DNA of 64,000 nucleotides from Iphione sp. A-MEVVRFRX5. Lineage: Eukaryota. A program made the position numbers and the translations under genes. How positions within the stretch are numbered: the first letter of the stretch is position 1; every line of letters begins with the position of its first letter. The notes below the pieces were generated by a model. The model did not search any database. It saw only the letters and a program-made list of their open reading frames with translations, and was not told the origin of the DNA. Positions 24,401-37,815 of this stretch are shown piece by piece. The DNA lies in assembly GCA_976226885.1 (NCBI GenBank), contig OZ320314.1, positions 103,540,001 to 103,604,000 on the forward strand, in the 5' to 3' direction.

Positions 24401-27400
24401 AATGGCTGTGGTGTTTTATACAGAGATCTGATGATGGGCTAGCTTCATCCATTAATAATACTAATAAACAATCAGCCTGCTGTAACCGCTGTTGTAAATA
24501 TAAAAGGATGTTGCTAAATGATGAATGCACCTGTGTTTGATTAAAGCAGTTTGTTATAAAAATTTCTGACCCACATTAGCAGAGCTTTATTCTTGGTCTC
24601 CTTCAATATGAGTTAAGCTGAGGTATCCTTCCCTGTGAATATGCCACCATTAGCCTGGGTAAGGGGCTCTGCCGCTACCCCATCTACGTAACTCTAGGTG
24701 CTTCCAGCGGATCTAAAACGGGTATCATGTGATAATGTATTTTGGGGTACATGGTATTAAATGGAATCTAGGGGTTATAATAGCACTTCGTTATGGTATA
24801 GATGCAAGTAATGTACTGGATATTATGCTAACTGTATAAAAACTCCAGTGAAAATAAAAAGCATAACAAATATGCCATCGTTTGGACCGTTATTTAGTTC
24901 CCCCCAATTTCGGGGCGGAATGTCCTAATGCTGATATATAAGCGTCTGTTCTGGACCATTCTGGCTTAACTTCTTAATTTTCCTCTTTGGTTGGTCACTT
25001 TTGAACAAACAATTTTTGAAATGTAATCTGTGATGTCAGTTTTGGTCTGTCCTCAGTCCTAATCTGCCAGTGACACATAAGGGGCCTTTCACATGTGTCA
25101 GGATTTATCCACTCTGCATCCGCAGAAGGGTCGTATCTTTTTCCAGCCCACCGCACACGGGTGCGTATCTCAAACTGTGGAGGATGGGTTTGGTCCAAAC
25201 ACGTATGCAGATTCCACAGGAGCCTATAGTAAAATACATCTGGTGACCATATGAAGGCAATTAACAATAATCTCTGCATGGGGGTATACTCCGCACCCGC
25301 ACAGGGGGACATGTTTCTCGTCAGGATGCATGTGAACACTGCCTAACTGTCCTTTTAGTTTTAAGAAGTATTGCAGTAGTTCTTGTCCTTCCTACTGACG
25401 TCCTCTTTCCTCCGGCGGTGCGGGTGCACTTAAATAAACATCGACTTTACTATTAAACACGGGGAAGAAGGGACACAGATCCCTTACTAATAGTACTTAA
25501 CTGCATCGCACTATACTTCAAAGACAAAAGATGAATGGTCTTTTCTTACCAAACCGAGTACACTTATCCTACAGGGGACGTGGGTGTGACAGGAGGTCAG
25601 TCTGAAATTACTGGTGAATCAAAGAGAGAAGCAACGCATTACGACTCAGCCGTAACGGTTCAGAAAACGTGTATAAATCACAAACAAAAATACTACTATG
25701 AGTCAATGTACTGAATCCTTGCATTCTTTAAGGTATTGGCACCCTGCATACATCCTTGTGTATGAACCTGTACCACCATATTTAAGAAAGCTTACTTCCC
25801 ACAAGTTTTTACGTTTGAAAAACGGCTCCATATGTAACTGCATAACAAGACTGAGATATGCAATACTTATGGTGTTAATATGGTGGTAGTATACGGAGGG
25901 AAACAATGACTAACTTCCACGTCGATAGCGTGATGGGATTCACGTTCAGTGAATGTGAAACATCAGTGTTCTCCTCACTGCCAACTTGTAGCACAGAGGC
26001 AAAAGTGAGTTAAAGCACTCGGTAAATACATGTATGGCATAATGAGGACCGTGCGTGCCAAAACGAATAGGTAGGATGGGCAGTATTGGCGGCTTGGCGC
26101 GCCTTGTCTTTATAGGACGAGCAACTTCAGTTTAAGTGTACACTTAAATACATAAAAACCGAAAGGATAGCAATACATGTATGTTGTGATATCTATAACA
26201 ATGAATAAGCACTTAATACATGTCAATGGGAAGGGATGTGTCATTATATCAGGCTATAAAGTGGCATGGTAGGAAGCTAAGTTTAACCAGGTACCAAGTT
26301 TATATTTAAGACACCTTTCACCCTCGATGTCAGCTCAGTGTTCCATGAAGAAGCTTTGCGGTTTTCAATAGTGACTAAAGATAGGAATCAAAATACTCAA
26401 AAAGGGGATTCAACATATAGTTACGAGGAAACAACTCGTTTCGACAAGCACAGTTAAGATCTACAATGTGATATCCAAGGAACGTCTGTATGTCCCTAAA
26501 TTCTGCCGCATGGAAAATAGTACATGTACATTTATATGGAGAAATGTCGATCAATTCGATCAAGAACTCCGGAACTGCTAATATGGAAATTAATCAAAGT
26601 GATTCACTGTAATGTGCGCCTGTAAATATGGTAGAATTGCTCAATCTCCACGGCAGTCATGCCAATGCTTTGTTTAGCCTTTTCTAAGTGTTGTTCCTGT
26701 TAATACAGCAACAGTACTTCAACATACTTCACCGCTCCATTAACGTGTTTGTCATGTGTGCTGTATTCCAAACACCATATGGGAACTTTCCTCACACCTC
26801 AGTGCGAAGTAGAAATCTGATAGAAGTTCAGAATGACAGGCCAACTTCGAGATCGGTCTACATGTCCATGGTTTAAAAAAAAGAAAAAAAGAAAGAAAAA
26901 ATATATCGTCTTCTTAGTTGGAGCAGGGACCACTTTCGGCGCTGGGAGGTTGGTATTTGATGTCTTATTTCCGGGAATGGTCTATCACGCCAAGAAGGAC
27001 AAGCAAACAGGAACATTTGTGTAAGGGATCTGCAGGGAAGGGGGTATCCCACCTGCCGTTCACACCGGGGAGTTTACACACGGCCATAGAGGAAGGCCAG
27101 CCAGGTACGTCGGTCGGGGACAAGGACGGCGGCGGCAGGAGCCGTGCAGGCACGGACACGTCCCCGGCGCCCACGGCCGCCGACGAGAGCAGGCGGAGGA
27201 GGCCGAGGCAACGGGGGGGGGCCGATGAAGTGTTAAAATGGTGCCGCAGGTTGGGGTAGAGGTGGGGTGGGCGGTGTGGTGAGGAAATTCCTATGGGTTA
27301 ATTGTAGTGCCTTTCGTGATTGTGTGTGTGAAATGTTTGTGTGCGTTAGCCTGTGTTTTTGTATGCATGGGAATACGAGAAGCCTGTACGGGGGGGGGGG

Positions 27401-30400
27401 GGGGTTGGAAGGTGCCGCCGTCAGTGCCGTAGACATGTACGTGTGTGGGTGTGTTACAAAAGTAGAGCGTCTGTTTACATTGTGGCCATTCAAGTTGTTT
27501 TATCATTCAGTTCTTCTGCAGTAGATTTCTCCACGTCTAGATTCGTTGACGGTGGCTGCACATTGGCAGGCACTCACCAAGATCAAAGTAACGGCTAACT
27601 CCAGGGTGACTAAAAAACTATAAAAGCATCAAGAGATGGCAAAGGGCCGCTTCTGCAAGAGGACAATAATGCAGAGGGCTGCACACGAAATGTCACCATT
27701 GGCCTTACACTACCACGGACGCAACATCCATGCTTATCCGTTCACTCTTGGCCCAGAGAATCGAAATGTCAACACACAGAATCGATTTTTTTTCCAACGA
27801 TGCACCTGGCCACAACAATGACACATGTCCATTCACAGTGGAATATCACTCAGTGGGGGACTGCGCGAAATCCCTCCGCGTTGTGGTATTCTAAATTAGG
27901 CAAAATCTGTTCAGAAATAAGTAAATCAGTTGGGAAACTAGGATTATTACTCCTCAAATTAGCAAATCAGTTTTTTCTCCTCAAATGCACTGCAACTTCC
28001 TCTCCAATTTACTCAAACTAGGTTTTCATTTCTCTGATTTACAACTTTGTTTTCAGCCCCTCAGCATCACGTTCCACACATATACTGGTGCAACAGGGAG
28101 TGAAATGGTATTATTTGGGTAGTCCTGAATAACAATGGATGTGTGGCAGGTCAGTTTCACACCTTTCCATTCATGTATGATAGAGGGTATCTCCCTAGAA
28201 ACATGTTCTGTAATTACACTAGCTCACCGCTATTCCAACATCTCACTATTCCAGGCACATTAATTGGGCACCGAATGAAACAAGAGAACAAGAGAACAGG
28301 AGAAAGAGCGAGCTCTGTCCAGATAAGCCATGCAAAATAACAGGGGTTTTTGTTCTGAATTTCAGCTGGTGTCCACAGGTGAGTGTCTGTACTCTATGTG
28401 TCCATAACTCTACACAGAGAGATATGATGAAACCCCACTCCCAGATTTAGCTATCACATTAATGGCTTTGAAGGCACCACTGAGGTCAGGTCCAGGACAG
28501 AGGTCTCGTGCTCCTTCAGTAGCTACTCCGAATACCGTATGCAAAAACCTCCATGACGAGTTTACGATGTCTGTTACAATCATCCATTTCGCCGGTCAAC
28601 AAGTGGGATGAAGGGGGCCTTCACATGCATAAACTGTCTTTCATGGTAGGTGCTGTGTTTGGGATCATTTTGGGAGGAGTCTGCCCGACCTCATGACTTC
28701 CACATGTATAGGCAAGATAAGACATCACTGAAGTCTTATTATGTTCATGCATGCGTTTGCATTAATACCTGCCAAGGATGGACCAATGTCCCAGTCACAA
28801 ATCCATGAGCAGGAACAACGTACACAAGTAAAAGAGCCCTTATTAATCAATGTCCATTCATTCACACACTCACCTCAACGCATACGTTAGTGTGAATAAT
28901 GTACACGTGTAAAACTCGCTACATGGTTAAACATGTAGCAGCGAAGTTACCCCGACAGACCTCAGACTCAATCTACGTTATCATGTTTTAAATATATAGC
29001 AGGCAGGTGAGTGTTTTATTCTGAAGTGAGTGTTACATTGAGGAGCTGGGTACGCTACTACCAATACTAATGAATTCATAACATAACGGCACACCAATCC
29101 TTTAAAAGAGAAAAACTAGCGTGAGCAAAATCATGTCACCAGTGCATTGCTTGCCTGGGAGATTTTTCTCGTTAGTCTTTCTCAGAAAAAAAACCACTTT
29201 TATTTCTTCGTTGAAACGGAGCCAAAGATCGCTTTCTCTAAAAGATGTGATTCTAGGTGGTAGGAAACATTAAAAAAAGTATTGATAGTATCGCCACTTT
29301 TCTCACTGAAATAATTCTCCCAAGAAAGAGTCTGAATCATTGAGTGTACTTTTCCTTTTCACATATCAAACCAATGCTTATCCCGTTGGAGAGGTCACTT
29401 GAGGACTTCCATCAGTCTAACCACATCCAAGTTGACTCAGTGTACTCCAACCTTTGAGGGTATTTTTTTTCCAAACCAATACATATGCCCTTCAATCCTG
29501 ACTTGAGGACCTTTATGAGGCTACAGTACCTCTAGCCAGCCACTGCAAGGATAATAAACTATTTACAGAGGAAAACGATATAAAAGATAACAAAAACTGA
29601 ACCATGCCCCCCCCCCAACTTTTTTTTTAAACCGACCTTTCTGCCAATATGTGAGTATTGCCCCTCAAACTAAGTGACTTGTCACCTTGAAAGGCATTTT
29701 TCAATATTGCACCTGATTAAGGAAAAGTGGTTTGACTTCTACTGTTAAATATCCAATACTGAAACGTCTGCACAGCACAGTCCTTCAAGTCTTGTTTGGC
29801 TCACTAATCACAAGCTGAGTAAACATAAATACTAGTGTCACTCTGCAATAAATCTCCATTCCTTCAAGTTGAACAATACGTACTTAACACCTAACCTGAG
29901 CATTCGGCACTTGCTTTCACCTACCCTCAAAAACAGTTTAACTAGCCCAAGGCGCCACGACCTACCTTGTAAAGCTGTTCGACAGTGCACTCTCCATTCC
30001 TCCTTAACAACAGTTGTTAGTGACTTAGAAATCACCGTTCTTGCACGGGTAGAAAGAAATGCGAGAAGAAATCATAGTAGGCTAAAGTATGGCTAGATTT
30101 TTCATATTTGTGTGTGTGTGCGCGCGTGCACGCGTATGTGCATACATGTGTGTGTGAGTATTCAAAACAAACTTTCAGTAAAGTTTTGGACTGACAGTTA
30201 CAGTTACATCAAAATGATCCATGTGGCTGTCATTTGATATGCACTGCGTACATCACAGCCATTAATGATATTCGAGTGCTGGACAACGTGAACCACAACC
30301 CCTTTTCACAAAAAATCTTGCTTTAATAAAGCATAGTGTATTGATGAATCCAAGTTTTCAGTATTAACTGCAGACCTTTTTCAGGCAATGTCAAAGTTTC

Positions 30401-30692
30401 ATAAATAGGCCCATTACTGAAAATAAGAAGGTATGAATGAGTATGACTGACTGTCAACCATGTTTATTTTGGACACATAAGACTGTTTTTACACCACTCA
30501 TATAAAACATTGCCCGAAAATAGTCAAGGCCTATTGTAATGGTGGAAATGTTGCGGAATGTGCTGATACTTGTATCCCTGTGCCTCTGTGCAATCAATCA
30601 GAATTGTAGGAGAGAGAGACAGCTAGTGAGCAAGGACAGGAGGGATGGAGAGATGTAGAGAAGAAGAGAGAGGAAGGTAGGGAGAAAGGTGG

Positions 30693-30906
30693 NNNNNNNN
30701 NNNNNNNNNNNNNNNNNNNNNNNNNNNNNNNNNNNNNNNNNNNNNNNNNNNNNNNNNNNNNNNNNNNNNNNNNNNNNNNNNNNNNNNNNNNNNNNNNNNN
30801 NNNNNNNNNNNNNNNNNNNNNNNNNNNNNNNNNNNNNNNNNNNNNNNNNNNNNNNNNNNNNNNNNNNNNNNNNNNNNNNNNNNNNNNNNNNNNNNNNNNN
30901 NNNNNN
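30693..30906. other. Assembly gap (214 N)
   Basis: Run of n characters next to a GA-rich tract. Confidence 1.
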
Positions 30907-32254
30907 CCTCATTATTTGCACTGGCACTGTATGATAAGCAAACGCCATGCGGATTTATATTATCAGTGATTACATACATACGTATTTCCTAATTCCTTGT
31001 GATCGTATGAAATCAACACTATAATGGCATAGGTACATAAAAGGATGATGTAAATAAAGTTGATTGTGTCATGAATTTAACTGCCAGTCTAAACACACAC
31101 AATTATATCAAACAAGTTGATCTGAAAGATCTGTGGTCGCCCACCAACAAATGATCTATGGCTTCTATAACAAGAAGAGGTTAACCAAAGTGGTCTGAGA
31201 TAAGTTCTTACATCAAGAGTAATATCATATCTCAATGGTATCAATACAACACTGTCCACAGAAATATATTTATAACTTCTTGGTTTCTTCAGCTATCATC
31301 TTGAAAATTACTCAATGCCATAAATCCTTAGTGGTATGTAACATTTCTGTAATTTTCAGATATCTACATTCCGTACTTCAAAAGTTAAAACTACAGTAAG
31401 ACAAGTAAAAAGATATATTCATTTACTATAACTTCTGATTTTTTAAAAATGTTATCTTCAAAATCACTGTGCCAAGAGCCCATGCTGAAGAATATTTTCT
31501 GTCAATTTTGGAAATATAGGTTTCTTGCTTCTGGGGTTTTAGCAACAAGATCGTGATGAATGGTCAGACGCATGGGGAAGATGTGAAACTACCACCCCAT
31601 CTCTTTTTTTTAGGTTCGGGGACTAAACAATATGATGGATATTAATCCAAAGAACAGTACATGTAGTGTGTCACTTCTAGCACAGCTGACCCCCCTGGCC
31701 TTGCTTCTTCAGTTGTAGGCGACCCTATAGCCCACCAAAAATTTGTAGCCATTTCTTTAGTTGCATTTATTTTTTCTGCTTGCATTTTGTGTTGTCCTGA
31801 ATTATGACTATCCCAAGATATCAATACACTTGCTGAATTGTTTTCATTTAGAACTTCCTACTATACTGAATGTTGTGGGCGAATGGAGACTATCGCCCAG
31901 GCTGGTGCTTTGCAGATGCTTGGGCATCTCATGGTCCATGGACATTGTTGTGACAAGGACAGGGTCTCATCACCTTTACACAATTTGCACAAATTATATA
32001 CACACTAAGGTCGGTGCAAAACACGAGTACATGTACTATGTACAAGACATGGCTTTCACGCATGATGCTAGCACCAGGAGGGGATTACACATTCACACAT
32101 CTATTTGGACGACAATGCAGACTTTATATGAAACACCGTATCTGTGATGATAGTATCAATCGGAAAAAAAAGGATATGTAACAGCAACCAGAACGATGCT
32201 GAGGGAAGTTCATGGAACAATGATACAGGTGGGTTTGAATAGAGCGGTGCTTAC

Positions 32255-32400
32255 TTGTCTTGTTCTTCATGCTCGCCTCGTTCCGACTGGGAGCTGTATT
32301 CGTCATCGTCGTCATAGGCTGAGTACTTGAAACGCTGTGTATACGAGCTGACAATGTTCTGATAATTATATAGCTCTTGTTGGCGTTGTCTGTTGGCCAT
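32255..32400 (-). CDS. INTU: Probable first coding exon of INTU (MANRQRQQELYNYQNIVSSYTQRFKYSAYDDDDEYSSQSERGEHEEQD)
   Basis: ATG at 32400, 48 codons + 2 nt, strong donor AA|gtaagc. Phase 2 matches the INTU exon-2 acceptor at 8133 (AA|T = Asn). The acidic/Ser-rich run before LEPPW resembles the vertebrate INTU N-terminus. Promoter-like motifs lie directly upstream. Implies a ~24-kb first intron. Confidence 0.62.
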
Positions 32401-33470
32401 TTTCTCCCAATGCCGCTTGTTGTCTAACTACTTTCTCCTACTTTCTAACAATTTTTGGGCCATCTTGTTTACATCCGGGGACTTGAATACCGGCGAAAAA
32501 GCGCACACCGTTATAAGAGGTTGCATGTAAATTTGAAGCTTTCCTCTAGATGGCAGCATTTGATGGTCATGGGCATTCGCGCCCGTTTGGGATCAGCTCA
32601 GTCAAGTACATGCATGTACAGTCAACCCTCATTATCCGAGCCCCTTGCATTTCCTGTCATTTCATCCGGTCAAACTGAAGTTTAGATAACTCATGCCTAG
32701 TTTCCAGGACGTATTATTAACTATGAAATACTCGTGTTAGAGATACACTCTATGTATCATCACATTCCTACAATGTCCTCGTTCCAAAAAATCTGATTAT
32801 TAGAATGAAAGGGACATTCACCTTTACTTCCTGGTCATCAATGTTGCCTCCACCGTTGGCCAAACGTTGGGTCAATGCCACCCATTGATTGGAAATTGGT
32901 CTATTCACAAAGTGCAAACTTGATTTAAATAGTACCAGTGTGCTTCACACGATTTTCATTTTTTTATACTTTGGCAGCACACTGGTTACTAAAAACCCAC
33001 TTCAATCCACAGAAGAGGTGCTGGAACAAGTCAAGGACTCTAATTAGCTAACACATAGTGGGCTAGATACTGATGAACACTACAGCAGCCTCATCAGACA
33101 CAAACTGAAAAAAGATTCTATGCAACAACCTTGCAGACCTCGACCCGCCACCTTACACAGGTATAACACTGACACTTGCACCTACGGAGGAGCCACCAGG
33201 ACCACCGCAAGATGTACAGCATCCGCCTCGCCACTAGCAATGATATACATGTAACTCAGCAAGCACCCTGCTCCCACAAGGTCCTCCCACAGACAAACCC
33301 ACCCCTCAGTGACAAGACCTGGAGCAACCCCCTCCTCCATGAGAAACGTCTGCAAAGAGTTTGGCAAGAGACCTAATGGAGGGATAAGGAGATCTGACAC
33401 GAACACCAATCTCTCCCATGCTGCATAAGCCACCAACACAATAGAGGCACTGTAAAGAGGGCTTCAGATA

Positions 33471-33647
33471 AAAACTACGTGGGTCAGGAGGGAGGGTTAT
33501 AGAAACTGTTGGAGCTATAGGGGGACAAAGATATGGAATAGTTTGCCTGGGGAAATTAGGATGGCTGATCAGAAAATAATATTTAAAAGGAAACTAAAAC
33601 AGGAATTGATGAGACGTCGGGAGGTGGTGGATTATAGAGTGCCATAG
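33471..33647 (+). mobile_element. CR1/L2-group LINE, 3' end of ORF2
   Basis: Translates as KTTWVRREGYRNCWSYRGTKIWNSLPGEIRMADQKIIFKRKLKQEL...*, matching the characteristic YRG.K.WN.LP..IR......FKRKLK tail. Confidence 0.75.
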
Positions 33648-34559
33648 AAGTGTGCCAATGACGGACAGGACCACACGTAGCAGATGTGAAAAACCAAATC
33701 ACCAACCTTTTTGTTACTTTATTTATTCAATCATTCTCTTAAAACTGTGATCACTGTACATCATTATAGAGTGTATACAAATGAAATGAGCAACATATAA
33801 GGCATCATGTAACACTATATGTGTTAGAATTTATGCTAAGTCAAAGGGATAAAACAGTTGTAGTATGGTTAACATAGAAAAGATTACTTTCTTCATCCCA
33901 CACATTAACTGTAAGAATTGCATTGTATATATCACGAAGCTGTGAACTGACAGATACCGGTGAAGGAACATGCTTTGTAAACAGACCTGTGTGCCTAAAC
34001 TGATTGAGAAATCACTTGGCACTATTACAGTTGAAGAAATAAAAAAAAAAAAAAAAAAAAATGAATGAATACATGTACACTGCACCAGTAAGGTTCTTGT
34101 CAGCCTTTATTCCAGAACAGAACAGCAATACAGGTTCCTTGACAGCAGTCAGACAAGTCCAAAGAGGAGAATCAAGCTACCATTTATATATGCTTCAACT
34201 GGCATGATTGACACGTGCAAACAATATGGAAAGAATCTTTGCCAATTAGAGAACACTGTGTTAAGCATTGTCCTTTAATAAGTTAGATCAACATTGCAAC
34301 AATTCGTGGTAGTCTCACATGGTTTCAACAACATTTTCAAAAGTACTATCACTACAGCTACCTAGAAGAAAGGGATTACATGGCCATAACCATCCCTCTT
34401 CCCCCCCCCCCCAAGGGATCCGCCCGATCCCCCCTCCTCCAAGTTCCGCACAATAGGATGCCCTCCCCCCCTCAACAGAGGATGTTCATAGGATCCCGCC
34501 CCCACATCCTGCCATGCATGATATTACAGCAAACCCCATGCGGAAAACTGAACCCACCG

Positions 34560-35770
34560 TGATCAGAAAAAAAGACAGCGAATTCTTCCACAAAAGATAC
34601 AGATGCAGACAGGCATGAATGGCCTTGCAGAATACTTTGACTCCCCTACCACACATGTATGGCCTTGACTACATCCAGGGAAATTAAATGGAACAAACCA
34701 CTCCCATCCCCCGGCATCGCAATGCCCCTTCACATCATTCAGATTATATTCTGGAGAATCATAACACATATGGACCCCACTCCTCTGAGCTCCCTGCAGC
34801 CTTATTCCATGACTGCATCTACACCACAATTCAACCCCAACTCTACTGGAGGCATCCCTACATCTCCCGCGGACATACTATAGACATGCTAATCATACTG
34901 GATGATCTGGATAGACAAGAATATCTGATTCCAGACACTATTTACAGCATTAATTGACCATTGCCAGTTAGTATTTGTCTGACACATGTATGTTACCAGT
35001 TCTATTGACCCTATACTTATGTGCCATATCAGGCAACCTTAATAAGGCAATCGGCTATTTTGAATATTATATACATTTACTCATTATATTTAACACATTT
35101 TTCAATATGATACATCCTAATTCATAGCACTGCACTCCTGATGAAGGATGACCAAGGCCGAAACTTGGAGTCTGCAAAATTGTACCTACATATGGATCAT
35201 TAAAAACCAACTGATGAATTGAATCTGGATGGTGTGGTTTTGTGTGGGAGCACCTCTGTATACTTGTCCAAACTTCCTCTCACCAAACGGAGTGAACGGG
35301 ACAAGGCATCACTCAAGAAGGATCTTGACCAGTTTCAATGCAAACTATACCTTATGTTTTTCTTCAAAAAAGCCCCAAGAGACTCAAGCCCTTCAAGCCA
35401 ATAGATGCCATCTACCCTAAGGACTCCAGCCCTCAATCAAAACTTAAAGCTCGATCAATACTCAACCGATAGCAGATGGCCTCCGTCTCCACAAGTTCTT
35501 CCATCAAGCTTCTACCTGGCAACTCCCTAACTCATGCTTACATCTAGAAACCTACATCAATGACAAAGAAATGGGCCTTGCCAGCACCCCCCACATGTTA
35601 TCCCATCACATACAGCCTATCCATCAGAGAGAAAGTAACTATCAAGGAATTCATTCGGGCTTGAACCCACATTATCAAACCAACAGACAAGGGAGACGAG
35701 CACATGGCACTCCTGGATATAAACACCTATACTGCAGAATGTAGAACCCAACCTTTGGACAACAAAATTT
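34560..35770 (+). mobile_element. Penelope-like element remnant: GIY-YIG tail, then pLTR-like region, then start of the next RT ORF
   Basis: TPIPRHRNAPSHHSDYILE / LSSLQPYSMT resemble the PLE GIY-YIG C-terminus. YLSKLPLT..SLKKDLDQFQCKLYLMFFF and IIKPTDKG...LDINTY..ECRTQL match the conserved PLE ORF N-terminus. Heavily decayed. Confidence 0.72.
35132..35176 (+). ncRNA. Minimal type-I hammerhead ribozyme-like motif (probably degenerate)
   Basis: gcactc-CTGATGA-aggatgaccaaggcc-GAAAC-ttg-gagt: both conserved core boxes in the correct order, stem I actc/gagt, weak stem II. Located between two Penelope ORF remnants. Confidence 0.55.
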
Positions 35771-36129
35771 ATTTATAGCAAATTAACATTTTACTGAATA
35801 AACATTATGTAATTATGTAATAGGAGGGTACGTAGATATGCAGGGATACAAATATACATACAGCTCACCATCCACTTCTCTCGGTCCTTTCCTACATACA
35901 TGCATGCCACCCAATACTGGCTTTTCCTACCTACATATCCATCCACATCCACTGCCCTTTGTCCCTACTTACACATTTCATCCATACCTGCCATCCTCTG
36001 TCCCTTCTTACATACTTCCACACATGCCTGCCACTCAATAACTACTACCATCTGTTCGTAATTACACACTTCCATCCATACCCACCACCTTCTGTCGTTT
36101 CCTCCACACTTTGAAGCCCAATCTTCTTG

Positions 36130-37760
36130 GGAAGATTTGGTGATCTGTACCCATATGCATTCTGTCTTTATGGCCATAGGATTGGATAGCAATAGAGAAG
36201 ACCCAGGAGTTGCCTAATCCATCAGCAGACTTGGGAAAACTTTGCCAGGTGCTAGAACCAGTGCCCGTGCCCTCCTGGAGGAGGAGCTTGACCAGATAGA
36301 CAATCCCAGGCCCAAGCACCACTAGCGTGAGAAGATGGATAAGAAGAGGGAGAGATCCAGTTCCAGGTCCAGATCCAGATCCAGATCCGTATTCAGGGCT
36401 TCTGGTCCTTGAAACCAGCTATTCAGAGGGGCTGGTAACAACCCCATGCACAACCTAGCCATGAGGGGCATGGAAGCCATGCTTGCCGAGGGTCAGCAGA
36501 AGAAGGTGTAGAAGACAAGAGCAGGTCCCCTTGCAGCCTAGAGGGATTCAGCTTACCAGCTTGCAGGAAGCAGACCAGACACCAGCTATCCACTTCAGAG
36601 AACAGCAGATCCAAGGCGAGTTAATGACCGAAGTACCTGCCAACGACTTTGAGGCTAACAGAGACCCCTCCTTCCCCTCCACACCTACTCTGGTCAGCAA
36701 AACCAGATACCCCTGGGGAGGCCTAGCGGGACACTGTCCAGTAGTTGGCCTAGCAGTCCAAGGCTCCAGCTTGAAAGGGCAACCCGGATGAGTTCCAGGC
36801 AGAAAGGCCAGCAGCAGAGGACCAAACCAGGGTAATCAGCAAGTGAAGGGTTTGAGAGACTGATCTCCACACACTGGAACTACTCCCTCACCATACCCAC
36901 GGCCAAGGAGCTGACAGACACTTTGGCCAGACCTGAGAATCTCCAGGTCCTGAAAAGTACAAAACTCAACCCGGAGTTGATCCTAAAGGAGGCGGATATC
37001 AGGAGATGAGAGAAAGGTCGAATGGTGAGATACTGCACTTGATGTGACTCCCTCCAAGGCAGGCAGGCAGGCTGGCCACCAGAGTAGACCAATGGGACAA
37101 AATCACCTTGACGGAGTTCATTAGGCTCTGACCAATGATGCCCTCTTAGAATTCTTTGGACTCAGAGCAGAATTTCCTCCCTTACAGAGTCCCACAAGGA
37201 CTTGGGTATTTTCGAAAAGTCTTCTGGAGGAGTAGAGTGGAGGAGGCCTTTCACTTCAGAAAGCCATTTGTTTCTACCATTTTTCTGAGACCAAAGAAGA
37301 GAGGAATACCACAGAATCATCCTGGACCTGTAAAGGTTCAATTATATGGGGCCCCGCAGACATTTTAAAATAGTCTAGAAACTTTTCTCCCCCTGGTGGC
37401 GAGACATTTTCTTCACCTCAGTAGGCATTGTCCGCCAAGTTATTGGCGTCAGAGGCATGACTCTGGTATCCAGTTGTACCCTATTGAGATTCACGAGAGA
37501 GACTCTAAAGAACTGTGGACTGGACATTGGCCAGTTCACCTCCCCAAGCATGAGATCCACCTCGACAAGCAAGGCTCTCCAGATGTGTATCCTGGTAGAT
37601 GCGATCCTGAAGACAGGAGCGTGGATGGCAGAGTCCACTTTTGCCAGGTTCTATGAAGGACTGACGCTCGCAGCTAGTGAGTTTGACCAGACAGTACTGG
37701 ACAGCATAGCCTTCAGTTGAGACCCATTAGATGAGACAAGTTTGTTTTACTCTACATGAA
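36130..37760 (+). mobile_element. Degenerate, internally deleted DIRS-like element (gag, RT start and YR end remnants)
   Basis: RS-rich segment and TLARPENLQVLKSTKLNPEL (gag-like), W..IT and FVSTIFLRPKK (RT start), and FTSPSMRSTSTSKA..VDAILKTGAWMAESTFARFY (YR C-terminus with HSTR mutated). Multiple stops and frameshifts. Confidence 0.78.
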
Positions 37761-37815
37761 TATATGTTGGTTTTTACTCGACATGCATTGTTTATTTGCA
37801 CTGGGTTTAGAAATA

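Noticed and set aside
30598-30979. ORFs spanning X residues
   Set aside because: Artefacts of the N gap.
32619-32645. Tigger/pogo-like left TIR CAGTCAACCCTCATTATCCG
   Set aside because: No matching right end was found nearby.
33130-33240. PPPY-containing peptide suggesting a retroviral gag late domain
   Set aside because: A short motif with no supporting gag/pol sequence.
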